A stretch of 46,639 nucleotides of DNA. Source: Octopus bimaculoides (taxonomy: Eukaryota). Positions within the stretch are counted from its first letter, which is position 1; the number at the start of each line of letters is the position of its first letter. The notes under the pieces were generated by a model that saw only the letters and a program-made list of their open reading frames with translations, did no database searches and was not told the origin of the DNA. The DNA is taken from the NCBI RefSeq assembly GCF_001194135.2, contig NC_068995.1:13514112-13560750 (forward strand), written 5' to 3'. Positions 44,751 through 46,639 of this stretch are shown in pieces. The translations under genes were made by a program, and so were the position numbers.

Positions 44751-46639
44751 ATCTACCATGTTATTCCAGATCAATAATAAATGAGGTTACAGGCAACAAA
44801 ATTTTTGTCATATCCCTGTGATCTAGTCACTAACATTTCCACTATAGTTGTTTGAAACTGTGTCCTGTGTCAGTTACCAGGTTATTGTAGTGGTGTGACA
44901 AAAATTTTGATAAAATAGAGTACCAATCAAGTACTGGAGCCATTATAATTGACTAACCCTGACCCCTAAAATTGCTAACTCTATGCCAAAATTTGAAACT
45001 ATTACTTTGATCTTCCACTTTATTGGTTTCAAATTCTGGCTCAAGGCAAGCAATTTTGAGGGAGTGGTTAAGTTGCAATTACATCAACCCTAGTGTTCAA
45101 CTGGTACTTCTTTTATCAGCCCAGAAAGGATGAAAGGCAATGTCAACCTTGGTGGAATTTGAACTCAGAGCATCAAAGACAGACAAAATGCTGCTAAGCA
45201 TTTAACCCGGCAGTTTTTCCCTCTGTTGTTAATTATCTTTTTCATCATCAACATTATATGCCAATAATGTCTACAAAAATATGTTTTCAATTTTTCTAAA
45301 TCAGATTTACAGAAGAGCAGCTTTCTGGTTGACTGATTTGGAATGTTTACGTACACAAACAGAGTATGATAATAGCCTGACCTTCAAACTATTCGCTCTG
45401 CAATTTGTCAATTACTATTCATCCATAATTTATATAGCTTTCTTTAAAGGAAAGTAAGTATGTTCATGAAATTATAGACAGTTTCTCAATGTTTCAACTT
45501 GTTCAGTTTTTTCTATCTTCTTCACCTTATATTATTAAATATATATAATTCCACTATAATGCCATTATTCATATATACATAGTACACGTATACACACACA
45601 CACACACACATATCATCATCATCTTTTAACATGTTTCTCATGCTGGCATGGGTTGGATATTTCTGTTAGGAAGGTCCTTAGCGAACCAGCTTTATATCGA
45701 CCTCTTCTCTCAAGAGTGCCTTGTGGATAGCAGTGGTTGTACTTTAACTGATATGTAGTAACTTCAAGAAACAAGCATTGGAAGAGTTCTGTTTCCTGGG
45801 CTTGGAGCCCTGCAGGTAACTAGTAACAGATGTTGGTTATCCATTGACTTCCAGTATCTTCTGGAATTATGGTACTGTTAGTATGAAATGCTGTCTCACG
45901 GAATTTGTTCTGGATACGATTGGGTTTGTCTCATATGTACCTGCAGTTACCATCAGAGACTTAGACTGTAAAATTGGTAACCTGTAGAAGCCATTCCAAT
46001 CAAAACACAAAAACCAACTATCGACAAATGGTTTGAACTGAATGAAGCTCAGTGACTATTATATTTACCCCTTATCATCACCATAATAATAATAATAATA
46101 ATGAAATTATCGTGTATAATGCTCAGGTGTGCTACAACTCATCAAAGGTGTATGTATAGTACATAGAATTATGTACAAATGTCAGGAAAGTGAACAGTGT
46201 GTAAGTCATGATATACATGTGTGCATGCGTACGGAGGTGGGGGAATATCAGGTGTAGTGTTGGTGAATTTCAGGAAGCATGGAGGTTTTAAAGGATGCAA
46301 TATAACATTACTTAATATATACAGTGTGGAAGGACTTAATTCCTTGAACAGAAATTCGTAGATGGCCTAACATTTATTCCTAATAGATAGACACACCAAG
46401 GTAATGAGAATAAAATGTTCATCTAAGAAATACTATGAAATGGCTGCTGTGAATTCAAGTCAAAAGACATCCTTCCTTCCTTCCTTCCTTCCACCTGTCT
46501 TTATATTAAACTACATAGTTGTAAGTATATTTAAAGTAAAAAAAATTTTAATGAGTTCTATGTGCACAACTTTGTAGTTTGTAATCTTTATGTTGAAATT
46601 TTCTTTCTTAGATTTCTGCAATATATATATATATATATA

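Noticed and set aside
45660-45990. Possible LINE RT-thumb remnant on the minus strand
   Set aside because: Only a faint V..F...VSDG.C pattern with stops; too degraded to support.
46600-46639. Acceptor ttttctttcttag|ATT as the start of the next anoctamin exon
   Set aside because: Followed by ISA and then a TA microsatellite; does not resemble the expected post-TM4 sequence.

Overview
AT-rich eukaryotic DNA dense in microsatellites, SINEs and MITEs. The repeat repertoire resembles Octopus/cephalopod DNA (inference; not verifiable here). The window is an internal part of one + strand anoctamin (TMEM16) gene of the ANO1-7-like group. I reconstructed 13 GT-AG exons (1410 nt, 470 codons, phases all compatible) running from the cytosolic N-terminal domain to TM4; the start codon and TM5-TM10 lie outside the window. 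Most entries in the ORF track are microsatellite, N-gap or repeat artefacts. The introns hold tRNA-type SINEs, mariner, hAT and TTAA (piggyBac-type) MITEs, and RTE, R4/Dong and Penelope-like retroelement fragments. Most notable: (1) a 6-nt phase-0 microexon candidate (GCTGAG, 14410-14415) and neighbouring short symmetric exons in the 20-kb third intron; (2) minimal type I hammerhead-ribozyme-like motifs in sense orientation inside the introns, including a U3-A8 core variant within a ~150-bp inverted repeat, alongside an uninterrupted Penelope-like RT fragment; (3) several long intronic hairpins that could be dsRNA/ADAR substrates. All coordinates and identities were read by eye; nothing was searched or computed.
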